From: Octopus bimaculoides
Lineage: Eukaryota
Length of the DNA: 64,000 nucleotides
Direction of reading: 5' to 3'
Assembly (NCBI RefSeq): GCF_001194135.2
Contig: NC_069004.1
Location: forward strand, 22,780,334-22,844,333
Made by a program: the position numbers and the translations under genes. The notes below the pieces were generated by a model. The model worked only from the letters and a program-made list of their open reading frames with translations. It was not told the origin of the DNA and made no database searches. This document shows, one piece after another, positions 61,201-64,000 of this stretch (its first letter is position 1; each line of letters begins with the position of its first letter).

Positions 61201-61669
61201 ATGATAATTTCTGTATTGCATTGACAAACAGGGAGTATGTATTCTTACATTTACATGAGCAACCTGCCTCTCAGTTACTTTGAGCTTATTTTCTAGAATA
61301 TTCTTTATATATAATGCACTATCAAGAGACCTTCACAATATGCCTATTGAAAATTTTCCTATACTTTTGTACCCATTACTGCTAGTACATATCAGTTTCA
61401 TATTTTGGTACAAAGCCAGTAATTTCATGGGAAGGTTTAAACCAGTGATCAACTGGTACTTATTTTATCAACCCTGAAAGGATAAAAGGCAAAGGCTACC
61501 CCAGCAGAATTTGAACTCAGAACATATGATGAAATGCCACTAAGCATTTTGCCTGGCATGTCAATGATTCTGCCAACTCACCACCTTGACTGCTAGTATA
61601 TATGATCTACATATCTGCTGTATCTTATGTGTCTATATTTTGCTGTTATTCTGTTCTTTATTGTGGATA

Positions 61670-61980
61670 AGCAGAATGCTGCAAACATAGGTCCTAAGGG
61701 GAAACCCATAGCTACTGCATCTGTTTGTTTATATAAATCATCTTGTGGGCATGTAAAGGTATATTATTAATTGTACACCTATGAGGGTGGATTGTTTCTT
61801 TGTTTTTTATAAGTTTACTGGTATTGAGAGTGGTTTTATTTTGGGGGGTATTTACATATGTTCTTTATGATTCTTATCATTTCTACCCCTGGGACATTTA
61901 CTAAGCAAGCTTTCTGCATCTGAGGTGGAGATGGTGCTTATTGTATGAGTTCCTTTTAAAATCTGTGAAAATTCCTCAGA
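61670..61980 (-). mobile_element. Penelope-like RT fragment
   Basis: rc: DLYKQTDAVAMGFPLGPMFA (PLE GxAMGSPLGP motif). Confidence 0.7.
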
Positions 61981-61989
61981 TGAGATGTC

Positions 61990-62390
61990 GGCATGGCTGT
62001 ATGGTTAAGAAGCTTGCTTTGCAACCACATGGTGTCAGGTTCAGTCCCACTGTACAGTACCGTGTGCAAGTGTCTTCTACTTTACCCCACAACCAATGTT
62101 TTGTGAGTGAATTTGGTAGATGGAAACTATGTGGAAACCCATTTTATGTATATATACATATATGTGTATGTTTCTTTGTGTCTGTGTATATCCAACCCCC
62201 ACCTTGATAACCAATGTTGGTTTGTTTATATCCTTGTAAGCTAGCAGTTCATCAGAGGCAACCAATAGAATAAGTCTTATACTTAAAAAATAATGAAAAC
62301 TGACACCATTTTGTTTGACTGAAACCCTTCAAAGTGATGCTCCAGCATAGCCGCAGTCCACTGACTAAAACAGGTAAAAGATAAAAAGAC
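61990..62390 (+). mobile_element. SINE family A; a - copy lies at 59540-59730
   Basis: ggcatggctgtatggttaagaagcttgc...gactaaaacaggtaaaagataaaaga. Confidence 0.85.
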
Positions 62391-62454
62391 TCTAGAAGAT
62401 GGGCCAAATGTCACACACCAAACCATTTGACATTTTATATATTGACATTATTAT

Positions 62455-63160
62455 GTGTTTGGCTTTTGCCTTGTTTTTGTACAAGTCGACTCCAAGTCTC
62501 ACCCAGAGACCTCAAGCGACAACAAGTTAGGAGTTCAAATTGGCATTAATACTAGGGTGCCATATTTTTGGTTCTGCACAGAGTATTATTCTAGAGAATG
62601 TCTATCAAAACATAAGAAAACTAAAAGTTTGTTTTAAAAGTAATTTGGTGATAAGATGATAGTAATAGGTGTTTGCTATTAAGTGCATTTAAAAGTATTT
62701 TTAACAATGTTTACAGATTAAAATGTTTTTGGAATCATATAGACAATATGTTTCTTAGGATATGAGCAGTTCCCATGAACACTATTTTAAGAATTTCTTC
62801 CATTTTTGGATTTCCTGGTATCTGAGATGGGTAGCAATCAACCCCTTTTGCTGTCATTCCTAGGACACCTATGACAACAGGTATTGTTTTAGTCTTGAGA
62901 TTCCATATTTTGCCAATTTCTGTTTCAAGGTCTTCATATTTGCTCAGTTTTTGGTAAGTCTTGACAGATACATTTATGTCGATTGGGACAGTTATATATC
63001 AATATGGAGGCATGATTTTTGTCTGAAATCCTTTAATGTAATGTCTGGCCTGTTTGCATTTCTCTTTCTGTCAGTTTGAACAGTAAAATTCCAAAGGAGT
63101 GAGGTGTAATCATTTTCAAGCACTGGAGGTGGTTTGTGTTCCCACCAGTTTTTATCAAGG
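62455..63160 (-). mobile_element. R4/Dong-clade LINE 3' fragment
   Basis: WWEHKPPPVLEND..LLWNFTVQTDRKRNANRPDI...IDI...KLSKYEDL...TIPVVIGVLG. Confidence 0.9.
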
Positions 63161-63164
63161 GGCA

Positions 63165-63360
63165 GGTAAGGATCATTAGTACACCAGGCAAAATGCTTAG
63201 CAGCATTTCGTCTGTCTTTACGCTTTGAGTTCAAATTCCACCAAGGTCAACTTTATCTTTCATCCTTTCAGGTTCGATGTAATTGACTAACCCCATCCCC
63301 AAAACTTTCAGGCCTTGTACCTTTAGTAGAAAGGGTTGTTATTATTATTATTATTATTAT
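63165..63360 (+). mobile_element. SINE family B with (TTA)n tail
   Basis: gatcattagtacaccaggcaaaatgcttagc...gagttcaaattcc. Confidence 0.8.
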
Positions 63361-63497
63361 GGATCTTTCTGATTTGGCGGGTGCCACTTTTTATTTATGT
63401 TTTATTTAGTGTGTTTTCCACTGAAACACTTTCAAACTTCGTATACTTGTATACAGATAAAAATTTTTGTATTCCAAGTTATTTCATATAAAAAATT

Positions 63498-64000
63498 GTT
63501 GTATTTCGGTAATTTCAACCAATCACTGACGTCTATTGAGGTGAAAACAATTACTGCTATGGATTGTCAAAAAAACGTTGTGCAGTGTAATGGGATCTTT
63601 TCCCTTGAATAAAATTAGTGCCATTGTTTGTCAACAACAACTATCGGTGGTAGTTATTTATGACATCGTTCATGCGTTTGTACTGGTTTTAGCTTTAGGG
63701 TTTTAGGGTTAGGGTTAGGGTTTTAGAGTTAGGGTTCGGGTTATGAGTATTTTGGCAAAAATACTCATAACCCTAACCCGAACCCTAACCCTAAAACCCT
63801 AAAGCTAAAACCAGTACAAACACACAAACGATGTCATAAATAACTACTGCCGATAGTTGTTGTTGAAAAACAACGGCACTAATTTTATTCAAGGGAAAAG
63901 ATCCCATTACACCGCCACAACGTGTTGTTGACAAACCACAGCAGTAATTGTTTTCACCTCAATAGACGTCAGTGATTGGTTGAAATTACCGAAATACGAC
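63498..64000. repeat. Spacerless palindrome (foldback element) centred near 63755 with internal TTAGGG/CCCTAA tracts; right arm runs off the window
   Basis: 63498-63754 is the reverse complement of 63756-64000 at about 90%, apart from a repeat-unit difference. Confidence 0.95.

Noticed and set aside
1-64000. CRISPR arrays, operons or prokaryotic defence systems
   Set aside because: The sequence is eukaryotic (spliceosomal introns, SINEs, LINEs) and has no regularly spaced repeat-spacer array.

Overview
AT-rich, microsatellite- and transposon-dense animal genomic DNA with nine N-gaps. The SINE/LINE complement suggests an octopus (coleoid cephalopod) scaffold; this is an inference. The only host gene is the 3' two-thirds of RAD52 on the + strand: six GT-AG exons at 902-1020, 3642-3717, 5691-6112, 39942-40102, 43223-43474 and 45841-45878. 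All splice phases match, giving 1068 nt (355 aa plus stop), and the gene includes a 33.8-kb intron. Its 5' exons lie upstream of the window. The rest is decayed mobile DNA: several tRNA-derived SINE families; RTE, R4/Dong, Tx1/L1, CR1 and Penelope-like retroelements; a Tc1 element with DD36E spacing; a maT (DD37D) fragment; hAT and piggyBac MITEs; a Helentron-type HINE; and a 1061-bp solo LTR with a 4-bp TSD. Main observations: (1) hammerhead-ribozyme motifs inside the RAD52 intron, one essentially intact, two tied to Penelope remnants; (2) a 145-bp insertion copied from 1.58 kb upstream with microhomology at the junctions; (3) a spacerless palindrome with head-to-head TTAGGG/CCCTAA tracts at the window end; (4) a twin-priming-like inversion in an RTE; (5) inverted repeats next to RAD52 exons that could be ADAR substrates. 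TE and SINE boundaries are approximate unless a TSD or TIR is quoted. All family names come from remembered motifs, not database searches.
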